NCBI GenBank assembly: GCA_034718555.1
Contig: JAYEMW010000253.1
Location: 1-55,177 of the forward strand
From: Thermodesulfobacteriota bacterium
GTDB taxonomy: Bacteria; Desulfobacterota; DSM-4660; Desulfatiglandales; B25-G16
Direction of reading: 5' to 3'
Length of the DNA stretch: 55,177 bases
Positions 46,114 through 55,177 of the stretch are shown here, piece by piece. The stretch's first letter is position 1. Every line of letters begins with the position of its first letter. A program made the position numbers and the translations under genes. Under the pieces are notes generated by a model. That model ran no database searches and had not been told where the DNA came from. It saw nothing but the letters and a program-made list of their open reading frames with translations.

Positions 46114-48909
46114 CTAAAACAACACATATTCCTTCTCCGTGAGCTTGGCATGGGCGGCTGCAAGTCTTGCAATGGGAACCCTGGGAGGTGAACATGAGAC
46201 ATAGCTCAACTTGATGTGATGACAGAAACGGATGGCCTCAGGATGCCCTCCCTGTTCCCCGCATATACCAACCTTCATGTCGGGCCTTGTTTTCCTGGCC
46301 CACTCAATGGTGATCATCATCAAGCGTCCGACCCCTTTGATATCCAGAACCTCAAAAGGATTGTGCTGTAAAATGCCCACTTCGTTATAAAGGGGCAAAA
46401 ACTTGTTCTCAGCGTCTTCCCTTGAAAAAGAAAAGGTGGCCTGGGTAAGATCATTGGTTCCAAAGGACATGAATTCGGCCAGTTCGGCAAGCCGACCCGC
46501 GCGCATACAGGCCCTTACCACCTCGACCATGGTCCCGAATTTATAGGGCACTTTGATCTTGTATTTCATTTCAACATGTTTGTGAATTGTGGTGACATAC
46601 CGGTGGACCCATTCCAGTTCCTCACGAGTGCAGACTTGAGGAACCATGATTTCAGGGCTGATATGTCCGCCTTCTTTGACATGTTCGGCGGAAGCCTCTA
46701 AAATGGCCCTGATCTGCATGCAATATATCTCAGGATAGGTGATGCCAAGTCTGACACCCCGGTGTCCAAGCATTGGATTGGTTTCGGAGAGAGACTTTAC
46801 CTTTTGAAGTATGGTCTCCTTCGCGGAAATAAGGGTTTCGGCAAGATGTTTGTTCTTCAACTCCTCAAGTCCTTGGGTAATCGTTTCAAGGGTTGCTTTG
46901 TACTTTTCGAGGAATTCGGGAGCCATCAGCTTCAGGGTATCAGGAAGCTCGGTCATACCTTCCACCGTTTCTCTCAAATCCTTGAGATGATTAATCTCGT
47001 TGACCAGTTCTTCATCAGACGGCAGGAATTCATGGATAGGCGGATCAAGGAGGCGTATGGTTACGGGGAGGCCATCCATGACCCGGAATATTTCTTTGAA
47101 ATCTTCCCTCTGGAACGGGAGAAGTTGATCAAGGGACTTCTGTCTTTCCTCAGAGGATTCTGCCAGGATCATCTCACGGACTATGGGCAGCCTTTCCGGT
47201 TTATTGAACATCCTCTCCGTCCGGCAAAGCCCGATCCCCATAGCTCCATATGTTCTTGCCTTGCCAACGCCCTCGGGTGTATCTGCATTGGCCATGACCT
47301 GCAACTCACCGATATCGTCGGCCCACTCCAGCAGCACGAGCAGGTCCTCCACAAATTCCGGTTCAATGGTTGGGACGATGCCCTGATAAATATTTCCCGT
47401 GCTCCCGTCTATGGTAATCACATCTCCTTCTCGAAGCGGCACACCGGAAATCACCGCTTCCTTGGCGAGATTATTGATTTTGATGGCGTCGCATCCGGAG
47501 ACACAGGGTTTACCCATACTTCTCGCGACAACGGCAGCATGGGACGTCTTGCCCCCACGGCTGGTTAAAATTCCTTGGGCGGCAAAAAAGCCATGGATGT
47601 CTTCCGGCTTGGTTTCTTCCCTGACCAGAACAACCTTTTCTCCTAATTTTGCCTGGTTTTCGGCTTTGTCGGCGTCAAATACGATCTTGCCTGATGCGGC
47701 GCCGGGGGATGCGGGAAGCCCTTGTGCCAGAACCTTCACCTTTGCCTTGGGGTCGAGTCTCGGATGAAGGAGCTGGGCCAGCATATCCGGCTGTATTCTG
47801 AGGATAGCCTCTTCCTCCGTCAGAAGACCCTCATTAACCATATCTATGGAGGTTTTTATAAAGGCAGAGACATTCATCTTTCCATTTCTGGTCTGGAGGC
47901 AGTAAAGCTTGCCCTTCTCAATAGTGAACTCAAAGTCCTGTACCTCCCTGTTATCTTTTTCCAGGGTATGTCTCAGTTCTTCCAGCTCTCGATATATACC
48001 GGGCATGTCTTTTCTGAGTTTACTGATCGGTTTTGGTGTTCTGATACCGGCGACCACATCTTCGCCCTGTGCATTGATCATATATTCTCCGAAAAGCCTG
48101 TTTTCACCCGTGCCGGGATTTCTGGTGAAGGCTACTCCGGTTGCGCAGTCATCTCCCATATTTCCGAAGACCATGGTGCAGATATTGACCGCTGTTCCAT
48201 CGGCCATCTCCGGTGTGATATGGAACTCTCTGCGATAATCAATTGCCCGTTTTCCCATCCAAGATCGGAAAACGGCCTCTATGGCTATTTCCATCTGCAC
48301 ATAAGGGTCTTGTGGGAGGGGCTTTTTGGTATTGTCCTTGATCAGCTTTAAAAATTGATTACATGTCTCTTTTAGGGCGCCGGCGCCCAGTGAAGAATCA
48401 TCTGCCGCCTTATTCTTCTTTTTTATCTTTTCGAATATCGCGTCAAATTCCTCATCTTTCACGCCGAGGCCGATTGAACCGAAAAGCTGAATCAATCGTC
48501 GGTAGGCATCATAAACAAATCGCTCATTTTTTGTTAATTTGATGAGGCCGTCCACTGTCTCTTCATTTAGCCCGAGGTTCAGAATGGTATCCATCATGCC
48601 AGGCATGGAAATGGCGGACCCCGACCTGACAGAGACCAATAAGGGATTCTTCGGGTTTCCAAACCCCTTTCCGGTCTTCTTTTCCAGGTCGGCCATGGCC
48701 ATCTTTATTTCTTTTATTAATGCAGGTTGGAGCCCTTTTCTCTTCTGGGCCAGATGCGAAAGGCAGGCCTCGGTCGAGATGACAAAACCCGGGGGTACGG
48801 GAAGACCTATCTGGGTCATTGCGCAAAGATTTGCTCCCTTTCCCCCTAAAAGTTTTTTGTTCTTTCTGTCGCCCTCTTCGAAAGAAAATGCAAGCTTTTT
48901 CTGATCCAT
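46114..48909 (-). CDS. ppdK: Pyruvate, phosphate dikinase
   Basis: LLGGKGANLCAMTQIGLPVPPGF ATP-grasp opening, the phosphohistidine loop TSRGGKTSHAAVVAR, a PEP-utilizer TIM-barrel C-terminus, 931 aa. Confidence 0.9.
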   Translation of the reverse strand: MDQKKLAFSFEEGDRKNKKLLGGKGANLCAMTQIGLPVPPGFVISTEACLSHLAQKRKGLQPALIKEIKMAMADLEKKTGKGFGNPKNPLLVSVRSGSAISMPGMMDTILNLGLNEETVDGLIKLTKNERFVYDAYRRLIQLFGSIGLGVKDEEFDAIFEKIKKKNKAADDSSLGAGALKETCNQFLKLIKDNTKKPLPQDPYVQMEIAIEAVFRSWMGKRAIDYRREFHITPEMADGTAVNICTMVFGNMGDDCATGVAFTRNPGTGENRLFGEYMINAQGEDVVAGIRTPKPISKLRKDMPGIYRELEELRHTLEKDNREVQDFEFTIEKGKLYCLQTRNGKMNVSAFIKTSIDMVNEGLLTEEEAILRIQPDMLAQLLHPRLDPKAKVKVLAQGLPASPGAASGKIVFDADKAENQAKLGEKVVLVREETKPEDIHGFFAAQGILTSRGGKTSHAAVVARSMGKPCVSGCDAIKINNLAKEAVISGVPLREGDVITIDGSTGNIYQGIVPTIEPEFVEDLLVLLEWADDIGELQVMANADTPEGVGKARTYGAMGIGLCRTERMFNKPERLPIVREMILAESSEERQKSLDQLLPFQREDFKEIFRVMDGLPVTIRLLDPPIHEFLPSDEELVNEINHLKDLRETVEGMTELPDTLKLMAPEFLEKYKATLETITQGLEELKNKHLAETLISAKETILQKVKSLSETNPMLGHRGVRLGITYPEIYCMQIRAILEASAEHVKEGGHISPEIMVPQVCTREELEWVHRYVTTIHKHVEMKYKIKVPYKFGTMVEVVRACMRAGRLAELAEFMSFGTNDLTQATFSFSREDAENKFLPLYNEVGILQHNPFEVLDIKGVGRLMMITIEWARKTRPDMKVGICGEQGGHPEAIRFCHHIKLSYVSCSPPRVPIARLAAAHAKLTEKEYVLF

Positions 48910-49221
48910 CTTATTCCCCCTTCTTCTCTCGCTTTTTTGTGTGTTTAAAAAAATAGGCTAAAACAAGCATGGTCGCCGCCAGACCAATAGCCGTAATCAC
49001 CGGCGTTCTCGGAAAAAAGAAGCGGCAATTGAATTGATAAGAACTGTTGAAATTATTATTTATGAGAACTCACTTTCTCACCGGGTAAGTATAAGAAAAC
49101 GGGGGATATGTGTCAAGGTAAATTAGCCGCGCATCTCTTTATTGAATAATCCCCGTGCTTATGCTTTACGTTAATCGTTGTGACCTGACGCTCTGCCGTC
49201 TCTTTCCTTCGCTATTCGAAT

Positions 49222-50253
49222 TCAGCAGGCATTTATTGCGTCGATAAGATCTCGCAGGCGGCCTAGATCTTTTCGGTCAAAGTCAACAACGAGCCTTGGA
49301 AGATGGGCGATTTCAGGCTCATCAGCTTCTACCGGCAGGGGACCGGAGAGGAAAAGGTCACCACCGGGTATCAGGATGTCGGAAAAACGGGATTTGAGTT
49401 TATTAACATTCAACGGATCAATGCCTGAGGTAAGACGAAGCACCAGTTGTTCTCTAATGTATCGCAGGCTATGGTACCGATGGTAGAAGCGATCAATCCT
49501 CATCACTGCATCATCCACTGATTCAACTCGTTCGAACAGGCTGAAATCCGTTGCGTTGATGTACCCCTGGGCTAAAAGTTCTTTTTTAAAAAATTTTAGC
49601 CACTGTAACCAATAGGTGCCCTCAGGCTCATCGACAAGGATAAGGGGCAGGGGATTGCGCTTACCTGTTTGAACAAGGGTAAGAGTTTCCATGCCCTCAT
49701 CGAGCGTACCAAACCCCCCGGGAAAAAGCACAATAGCATCTGACTGCTTCAGAAAGGCCACTTTTCTGGTAAAGAAGTATTTATACATGATGTTTCGGGG
49801 GTGCCCTTCGAGGATGGGGTTAGATTTTTGTTCAAAAGGAAGACGTATGCTGACTCCGAAAGAGCGCTCAGTGCCGGCCCCTTCATTAACCGCCTGCATG
49901 ACGCCAGGCCCCCCTCCAGTGATTACCATGTAGCCTGCTGCGGCTAACTTTCGTCCTAAATGACGTGCCATCTCGTAAATGGATTCATCTGATTGGGTCC
50001 TGGCAGAACCGAAAACTGAAACCTTTCGCACCTTGTGGTAGGGTCCGAACACTTTGGAAGTGAACCGCATCTCTTTCAGGGTGGAATTCATAAGCTTAAG
50101 GTCGGCCCTTTCATTGTTCTCCTGACCTGACTTTAGCGAAGACAGGATCATCTCTCGCACAATTTCCGGCTGATGAATATCCCCCACGAGTTCAATTAAC
50201 CGGTCGATAGCCTCGTCGGCTGGGCCGTTGGTTTTAGTGAAATGAAGTTCCAT
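49222..50253 (-). CDS. LOG-family (TIGR00730-type) nucleotide phosphoribohydrolase-like protein with N- and C-terminal extensions
   Basis: GGGPGVM and PGGFGTLDE LOG signature motifs. At 343 aa it is longer than a minimal LOG protein. Confidence 0.7.
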   Translation of the reverse strand: MELHFTKTNGPADEAIDRLIELVGDIHQPEIVREMILSSLKSGQENNERADLKLMNSTLKEMRFTSKVFGPYHKVRKVSVFGSARTQSDESIYEMARHLGRKLAAAGYMVITGGGPGVMQAVNEGAGTERSFGVSIRLPFEQKSNPILEGHPRNIMYKYFFTRKVAFLKQSDAIVLFPGGFGTLDEGMETLTLVQTGKRNPLPLILVDEPEGTYWLQWLKFFKKELLAQGYINATDFSLFERVESVDDAVMRIDRFYHRYHSLRYIREQLVLRLTSGIDPLNVNKLKSRFSDILIPGGDLFLSGPLPVEADEPEIAHLPRLVVDFDRKDLGRLRDLIDAINAC

Positions 50254-50434
50254 GTGTGAATATGCCTCTAAAAAGGAGTTTTTTTATGTTTTTTGAATTT
50301 TTTATCTTACTTTAACGGGCAACTAACAACGCTCAATTGAAACCGCTTATAAGATAAACCAAGTTTTATTTATTACAAATATATATTATATAATAATACT
50401 AAAACAGTGTCACTCAAATAAATCTAAGATAATT

Positions 50435-50731
50435 TTATTTCAGTAGTTTTTTTATGGCATCTGCCTTCTTTTTTATATCCATGCCTTTCTTAACAACCGG
50501 AATATCGTTTAACACCTTTTCCGTTATCTTATCATTCAGTGTCTTTTTCTCTTCGGTCTTTTTCTCCACGACATGTTCTTTGTTATCAGACTTTACATCT
50601 TTTTTTACGTCTCTAAATTCCCTTATAGCCCCGCCAAGGCCCTTTCCAATATCCGGCAATTTTTTTGATCCGAAGATAAGTAAAATAATTGCGGCAATAA
50701 TTATCAATTCTGTTGCGCCAAGGCCAAACAT
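50435..50731 (-). CDS. tatA: Twin-arginine translocase TatA/E-family protein with Lys-rich tail
   Basis: MFGLGATELIIIAAIILLIFGSKKLPDIGKGLGGAIREFR is the canonical TatA TM plus amphipathic helix. Confidence 0.85.
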   Translation of the reverse strand: MFGLGATELIIIAAIILLIFGSKKLPDIGKGLGGAIREFRDVKKDVKSDNKEHVVEKKTEEKKTLNDKITEKVLNDIPVVKKGMDIKKKADAIKKLLK

Positions 50732-50735
50732 GGAA

Positions 50736-53651
50736 TTAATCTCCTTTTTTATTTAATTTGTTGGTTTTTTTGATTATTTTATCAATATTCCAGTCAACCA
50801 AAACTCTGACTCTTTCTTTGTGGGTTTTGCTTCTATAGACAAGATGTCCATTTTCCGTGCCGTAAAGAAAAAGATCCCTGGTTATTATTACATCTTTCTT
50901 GCAGTATTCCGTTAATTTTTCTATTTCTCCTGCCTTGAACCACTCCAATGCCTGAAGACCATCTGCGGATTTTCTTTTTCCCATTGTCTCTTTTGCCAGG
51001 TGATCAAGGCTTAATCTATGACCTAATCTTTTATGTATATCCTCAAGAATATCAAATGAAGGGATATCATTTAGATTCCGGCTTGTATATGGGGCGAGTA
51101 CTCCATAGTCGAATTTTTTATGATTGAAGCCAACAACAAGGTCTGCCATGGAAAGATGTTCGATTAATTTATTTACCTGATCCTTATTAAAAATATAGAA
51201 CCTATCCTCCAGACTGTCAAATATTACGGCTACGGAAACCATCATAAGATGTGTATTTTGCCAACCGCCAACCTCTATTGCTGATCTCTGGGTTTCCAGA
51301 TCAAAATAAAGCACTCGTTTTTTTCTTTCAGGTTTTTTATGCATAGGCATAGGGTGGTCAATTTCAACAGTTTTTTCTTCAATGGTAGTTAGATCGGCAA
51401 AGGATATTACACCTGTAAGGGCCTCTAAGATTAATATTGAAGCATTTTTATCTAATGGTTTGTTCCCTGAGCCGCATTTTGGGGAATATATGCACGCTGG
51501 GCAGCCATTTTCACACTGGCAGCCTTTTATTAATTCCAGGGTGCTGGTCAATAATTGGAGGATTATGTCAAAGCCCCTCTTGGCCAGGCCAACTCCGCCT
51601 GGATATCCGTCATAGACAAATATGGCGGCCTTACCCACGTCAGGATGAAATGTGTATGAAATTCCTCCAATATCATTTCTGTCGCAAAGGGCGAATAATG
51701 GAAAGAGGCTGATTGCCCCATGTTCTATCGCATGAATTCCACCCATAAATAGGAGACCCTTATCTTCCACCATTTTTACGATAACCGGTTCAATTTCTAC
51801 CCAAAGTCCTATTGTTTCAAATATCTGTGGTGGAAGTTCAAGGGGAAAGGTTCCCATTAGCTCTTGACCATGAACCTTTCTTTTTTCATATCCGGTTATT
51901 GTTTCCGTAACCTTAAGTTTACCGAGCCTGACAACGAATTGTCCCTCAGGTTTGCTATCCGTAATCTTAATAATCTCTGTTTCCTTCTCGGATTTTATCT
52001 TGGTAAAATATTTAAGATTTGCCTTGCTTACAATAATGTCCCTTTTTCCTATATCTAACCTTTCAACATGGTATGTTTTTGCCCTGTGAAGATATATAGC
52101 GCCAGGATGACACTCTTTAAAGGCCCTTATACCATCAATTGTGCCGATAGATTCCCCTGTTTCTCTGTCAAAAATAGTATATGTATCACCAAGTGAGCGG
52201 ATGTTAACATTTAGGTGAGGTCTTTTTTTAGTGGAAAACCATTTCCCCTCTCCTTCAGATGTCCTGGTTAGTTTCCCCGTGGATTCTAAAAAATCAAGAT
52301 GGCCTAACATGTCCCTATTCCAGAATCTTGTATTTTTCATGGTGATTGGGCTTTCGGCCGCTGCGCATGGCAAATGAGCACTTATAACGTGGGCATTGTC
52401 CGGGTCAATTATGGCAGACTCAAATGACTGCTCAAAAAGACGGGTCGGATGTTTTATAAAGTATTGATCAAGGGCGTCCTGATTTGCAATAAGGGCGATA
52501 ATTGATTCGTGCCCTGAACGTCCCACTCTCCCCGCCCTCTGCCATGTATTAATAATAGTTCCTGGATATCCGACCAACAGACAGACGTCTAAGTAGCCTA
52601 TATCAATACCTAATTCCAGGGCGCTGGTAGATATAACGCCCCCTAACTCTCCTCTTGCGAGTTTGTCTTCTATGAAACGCCGCTCATTAGGCAGAAACCC
52701 GGCCCTGTAAGAACTAACCATATCTTTTAGGCCTGGCTCCAGTTGCTGCACCCACATATTAATGAGTTCCGTTGCCTTTCTTGACTTTGTAAATGCAATG
52801 GTTTTTAGGCCGGATTTAAGGCATTGGATAAATATTTGAGCAGATAGAAAAATAGTGCTGGATTCAGGATTTATAAATATAAAATGCTGGCCTGATTTTG
52901 GTGCGCCGTTATCTGAAATTACCTCAACATTTTTATCAATCAATTTTCTGCAAAAGTCACCTGGATTTTGGATGGTGGCGGAAGAAAGTATGAATTGAGG
53001 TGTCGTGTTATATAAAAGGCAAATTCTTTTCAGTCTTTTTATTATCTGAGAAAGGTGTGACCCAAAAATTCCTCGATACGTGTGAACCTCGTCAATAACA
53101 ACAAAGGAAAGATTAGAGAAAAATTCAGCCCATTTTTCGTGATAGGCAAGTATACCCCTATGGAGCATGTCAGGGTTTGTCATGATTATATTTGGAAAGT
53201 GCTTTTTAATTTTATTTCTATCTCCAGGGGATGTGTCTCCATCATAAATATTTGCACTGACACGGCCATTTTCCATTATAGAAGTAAGATTTCTCAGACC
53301 CTTCAACTGATCTTGCTCTAATGCCTTTAGAGGAAATATATAAAGTGCCTTAGTATTCTTGTTATTAATTATTTTTTCAATGACAGGAAGGTTATAGATA
53401 AGGCTTTTTCCACTCGCAGTAGGTGTGGAAATTACTATATCTTTCCCGTCTTTCAATGTTTTTATGGCCTTGACCTGGTGATTGTATAATTTTTCTATTT
53501 TAGACCATTTAAGAAGTTTCAGAATTTTTGGTGAAAGGGACTTATCTTCCGTTAATTTTGGACCTTGAGGGGGAAGATAGTGGTGGTATGTAATTTGAGG
53601 CCCTAAATCCGGTGAATTTTTTAGTTGTTTAATAAAGGTTGATGGGTTCAT
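50736..53651 (-). CDS. MrfA/YprA-like DEAD/DEAH helicase with DUF1998 Zn module, fused to a C-terminal DEDD (YprB/MrfB-like) exonuclease domain
   Basis: TPTASGKS (I), DEVHTY (II), QRAGRVGR (VI), and the four-Cys CQCENGCPACIYSPKC (DUF1998). The last ~200 aa carry YFDLET, GFNHKKFDYGVL and EYCKKDV (Exo I-III-like). Confidence 0.8.
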   Translation of the reverse strand: MNPSTFIKQLKNSPDLGPQITYHHYLPPQGPKLTEDKSLSPKILKLLKWSKIEKLYNHQVKAIKTLKDGKDIVISTPTASGKSLIYNLPVIEKIINNKNTKALYIFPLKALEQDQLKGLRNLTSIMENGRVSANIYDGDTSPGDRNKIKKHFPNIIMTNPDMLHRGILAYHEKWAEFFSNLSFVVIDEVHTYRGIFGSHLSQIIKRLKRICLLYNTTPQFILSSATIQNPGDFCRKLIDKNVEVISDNGAPKSGQHFIFINPESSTIFLSAQIFIQCLKSGLKTIAFTKSRKATELINMWVQQLEPGLKDMVSSYRAGFLPNERRFIEDKLARGELGGVISTSALELGIDIGYLDVCLLVGYPGTIINTWQRAGRVGRSGHESIIALIANQDALDQYFIKHPTRLFEQSFESAIIDPDNAHVISAHLPCAAAESPITMKNTRFWNRDMLGHLDFLESTGKLTRTSEGEGKWFSTKKRPHLNVNIRSLGDTYTIFDRETGESIGTIDGIRAFKECHPGAIYLHRAKTYHVERLDIGKRDIIVSKANLKYFTKIKSEKETEIIKITDSKPEGQFVVRLGKLKVTETITGYEKRKVHGQELMGTFPLELPPQIFETIGLWVEIEPVIVKMVEDKGLLFMGGIHAIEHGAISLFPLFALCDRNDIGGISYTFHPDVGKAAIFVYDGYPGGVGLAKRGFDIILQLLTSTLELIKGCQCENGCPACIYSPKCGSGNKPLDKNASILILEALTGVISFADLTTIEEKTVEIDHPMPMHKKPERKKRVLYFDLETQRSAIEVGGWQNTHLMMVSVAVIFDSLEDRFYIFNKDQVNKLIEHLSMADLVVGFNHKKFDYGVLAPYTSRNLNDIPSFDILEDIHKRLGHRLSLDHLAKETMGKRKSADGLQALEWFKAGEIEKLTEYCKKDVIITRDLFLYGTENGHLVYRSKTHKERVRVLVDWNIDKIIKKTNKLNKKGD

Positions 53652-53785
53652 TTATTTTGTTATGTTCAGAAATTTACAAACTGAAAATCTAAAAGTTAAA
53701 AAAATATAAATATGCTGTAAGCTATTTATTTAACAGTAATTAATAATATAGACTTTTTATAAGTGTTAATATAGCATATTAAATA

Positions 53786-53914
53786 TGTTGTTCTTATGAG
53801 CGCACAAAAAAATCTTCATCCAATAAAATCGTAGATGATTTGTTCAAAGTAAAGGGAATTGGTCAAAATAAACTTGAAAAGATTCGTCCTTATGTTGTTG
53901 TAAGCAAAGAATAG
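53786..53914 (+). pseudogene. Remnant of a ComEA-like helix-hairpin-helix protein (last ~30 codons)
   Basis: The frame reads ...NKIVDDLFKVKGIGQNKLEKIRPYVVVSKE*. This is the terminal HhH motif of ComEA-type DNA-binding proteins. There is no start codon or N-terminal part. Confidence 0.4.
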
Positions 53915-54088
53915 GGGGGTTGGGCTTTAAGAAGTTAGCTAATTGAACTTTCTTGCCGGCAAGAAAGTTAAGATAACTTTTCGTTATATATTAAGAGAAT
54001 AAAGGGTTATATCCGTGAGGGTAGTTAGAGAAAGATTAAAAAACCTGTAATCTCCGTGGTCTTTATGGGATGAAAAGAGCTTTTTAAA

Positions 54089-54706
54089 TCATTGCCTCAA
54101 GGCATCCATTATGTTTTCCAGTTGAAGTTGGAAGTATCTATCATGGGTTAAACGATCCTTGAAATGCCATCTCTTTAGTATCCACATATGAGCCATCATC
54201 AGGATATTGTATGCCATTAAGTCCACATCAACCCTTTTAAATACACCCTGCTCAATTCCTTCCCTTATTATCGTTGCAAAAATATTGCTTACTTCTACTT
54301 CCAATTGCATTATCTTTGATTTGGAGGCCTTATCAAGAGAACTTGATTTTTGATATATCAAGATAGCCTTTTCTCTTTGCTGATTGACCACCCTGAAATA
54401 AATGTGGATCGCAACCGCCAATTTCTCCTCCGGATCATCAATGCCCTCAATCATCTTAACCAGGTTCCCCTTAAAAATGTCAAGGACATCTTCCATTATC
54501 ATTCTCATAATTTCCGACTTTTTCCTCACATAACGGCGCGTGACCTCCTGACTCACACCTGCCGTTTCGGAAATTTCTTCAATAGAAGTGTCTGCAAAAC
54601 CTTTTCTTGTATAGAGGATGCTGGCTGCATCTATTATTTTCTTTCTCACCTTATCAGGAGTGGCAATCTGATCAAGTACTGTTAGTTTGCTTTTGGAATT
54701 ATTCAT
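54089..54706 (-). CDS. TetR/AcrR-family transcriptional regulator
   Basis: N-terminal HTH (…ILYTRKGFADTSIEEISETAGVSQEVTRRYV…) and a helical C-terminal domain. The ATG at 54706 with GAGGAG upstream is preferred to 54733. Confidence 0.8.
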   Translation of the reverse strand: MNNSKSKLTVLDQIATPDKVRKKIIDAASILYTRKGFADTSIEEISETAGVSQEVTRRYVRKKSEIMRMIMEDVLDIFKGNLVKMIEGIDDPEEKLAVAIHIYFRVVNQQREKAILIYQKSSSLDKASKSKIMQLEVEVSNIFATIIREGIEQGVFKRVDVDLMAYNILMMAHMWILKRWHFKDRLTHDRYFQLQLENIMDALRQ

Positions 54707-55113
54707 ATTTTTTCTCCTCTCTGTCAATCGCATTGAAAAATAATCACAATTGATAAAAGCTCGCCTCTTTGGAAAAAGTATATGGAATATATAATTTTAT
54801 GTCAAGTCTAATCCACATCCATCAGGAAGAGGCCGAAGTCAGCACCACTATTATTAATTTTTTCAAAGCATGCAGGTGAAAGATTGGCGATTATTTTTAT
54901 TTCAACCTTACACGGAGCCTCATGTCCATTATGCACTTTTTAATTTGGAAGATAGGGAAATACAGGTTTTTTTAAATTAATTTGATTTTTTAGCTCAATT
55001 TTGGTTTAATATTGCCTAATGATGGGGATTATGTGCATCTTTATATATATTCAGCAATTCCCGCTTACCCCCTTGCCAATGGTTTTTTACCATATATGGA
55101 ACATAATATTAAC

Positions 55114-55137
55114 ATTATCACAGCATATTGTGATAAT
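55114..55137. promoter_or_regulatory. Perfect 9-bp inverted repeat, candidate operator
   Basis: ATTATCACA-GCATAT-TGTGATAAT sits in an AT-rich intergenic stretch upstream of (divergent from) the TetR gene. Confidence 0.35.
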
Positions 55138-55177
55138 ATAATGAATATTTTTCAATAATGAACGTCTTTTTAGGAAA

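Noticed and set aside
46762-48351. Long antisense ORFs inside ppdK (268, 209, 122 aa). The same applies to those inside the TPP-enzyme, epimerase/BASS, HEAT-protein and NuoF-like genes (e.g. 20864-21466, 36110-36652, 22140-22571).
   Set aside because: These are shadow ORFs opposite well-supported genes. Their translations are low-complexity (Ser/Pro/Arg-rich) and carry no motifs or RBS.
48911-49000. Small hydrophobic ORF (VITAIGLAATMLVLAYFFKHTKKREKKGE) ending 1 nt before the ppdK start
   Set aside because: It has only a GTG or internal ATG start, no RBS, and no way to test conservation here. It could be a leader peptide, but the evidence is insufficient.
1-55177. tRNA, rRNA, riboswitch, group II intron or retron-type RNA genes
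   Set aside because: I scanned intergenic regions for T-loop/acceptor-like patterns, long conserved structured leaders and reverse-transcriptase ORFs, and found nothing convincing. A covariance-model scan (Infernal/Rfam, tRNAscan-SE) would be needed to be certain.

Overview
This is a moderately AT-rich chromosomal segment. Its gene content suggests an anaerobic, Desulfobacterota-like bacterium, but that is inference only. Core blocks: (1) a minus-strand operon at 10306-16840 joining a four-subunit 2-oxoacid:ferredoxin oxidoreductase to a NuoE/NuoF/2Fe-2S flavin module and a HIT protein; (2) an RpiR-headed operon (TPP enzyme, BASS transporter, two SDRs) divergent from a Dpp-type ABC importer plus an M20 peptidase (19443-32060); (3) ppdK, a LOG-family protein, tatA and a MrfA-like DUF1998 helicase with a fused C-terminal DEDD exonuclease (46114-53651); (4) a TetR regulator. 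Three accessory patches lie between them. Patch (i), 1-10311, has three TA cassettes, MITE/REP debris, and a 1400-aa SNF2 ATPase followed by a PLA2-motif protein and a frameshifted His-rich hydrolase. Patch (ii), 17005-19440, has two MazF-type TA cassettes and a SEC-C/pRiA4b-ORF3 protein. Patch (iii), about 32100-46030, has VapBC, HigBA and a UPF0175/DUF3368 pair. It also holds a G+C-rich, foreign-looking two-gene island (a lipoprotein gene broken by one in-frame TGA, plus a HEAT-repeat membrane protein). The same patch carries a RayT/IS200-like Y1 transposase element disrupted by a 36-nt in-frame hairpin insertion, a decayed RapA-like helicase stub, and an SPFH/zinc-ribbon gene pair. There are eight TA loci in total, and I saw no rRNA, tRNA or CRISPR array. 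The best candidates for an undescribed system are the SNF2/PLA2-motif/hydrolase trio, the SPFH/Zn-ribbon pair and the foreign lipoprotein/HEAT island. All functional calls are motif-level readings of the supplied translations; no database search was possible.
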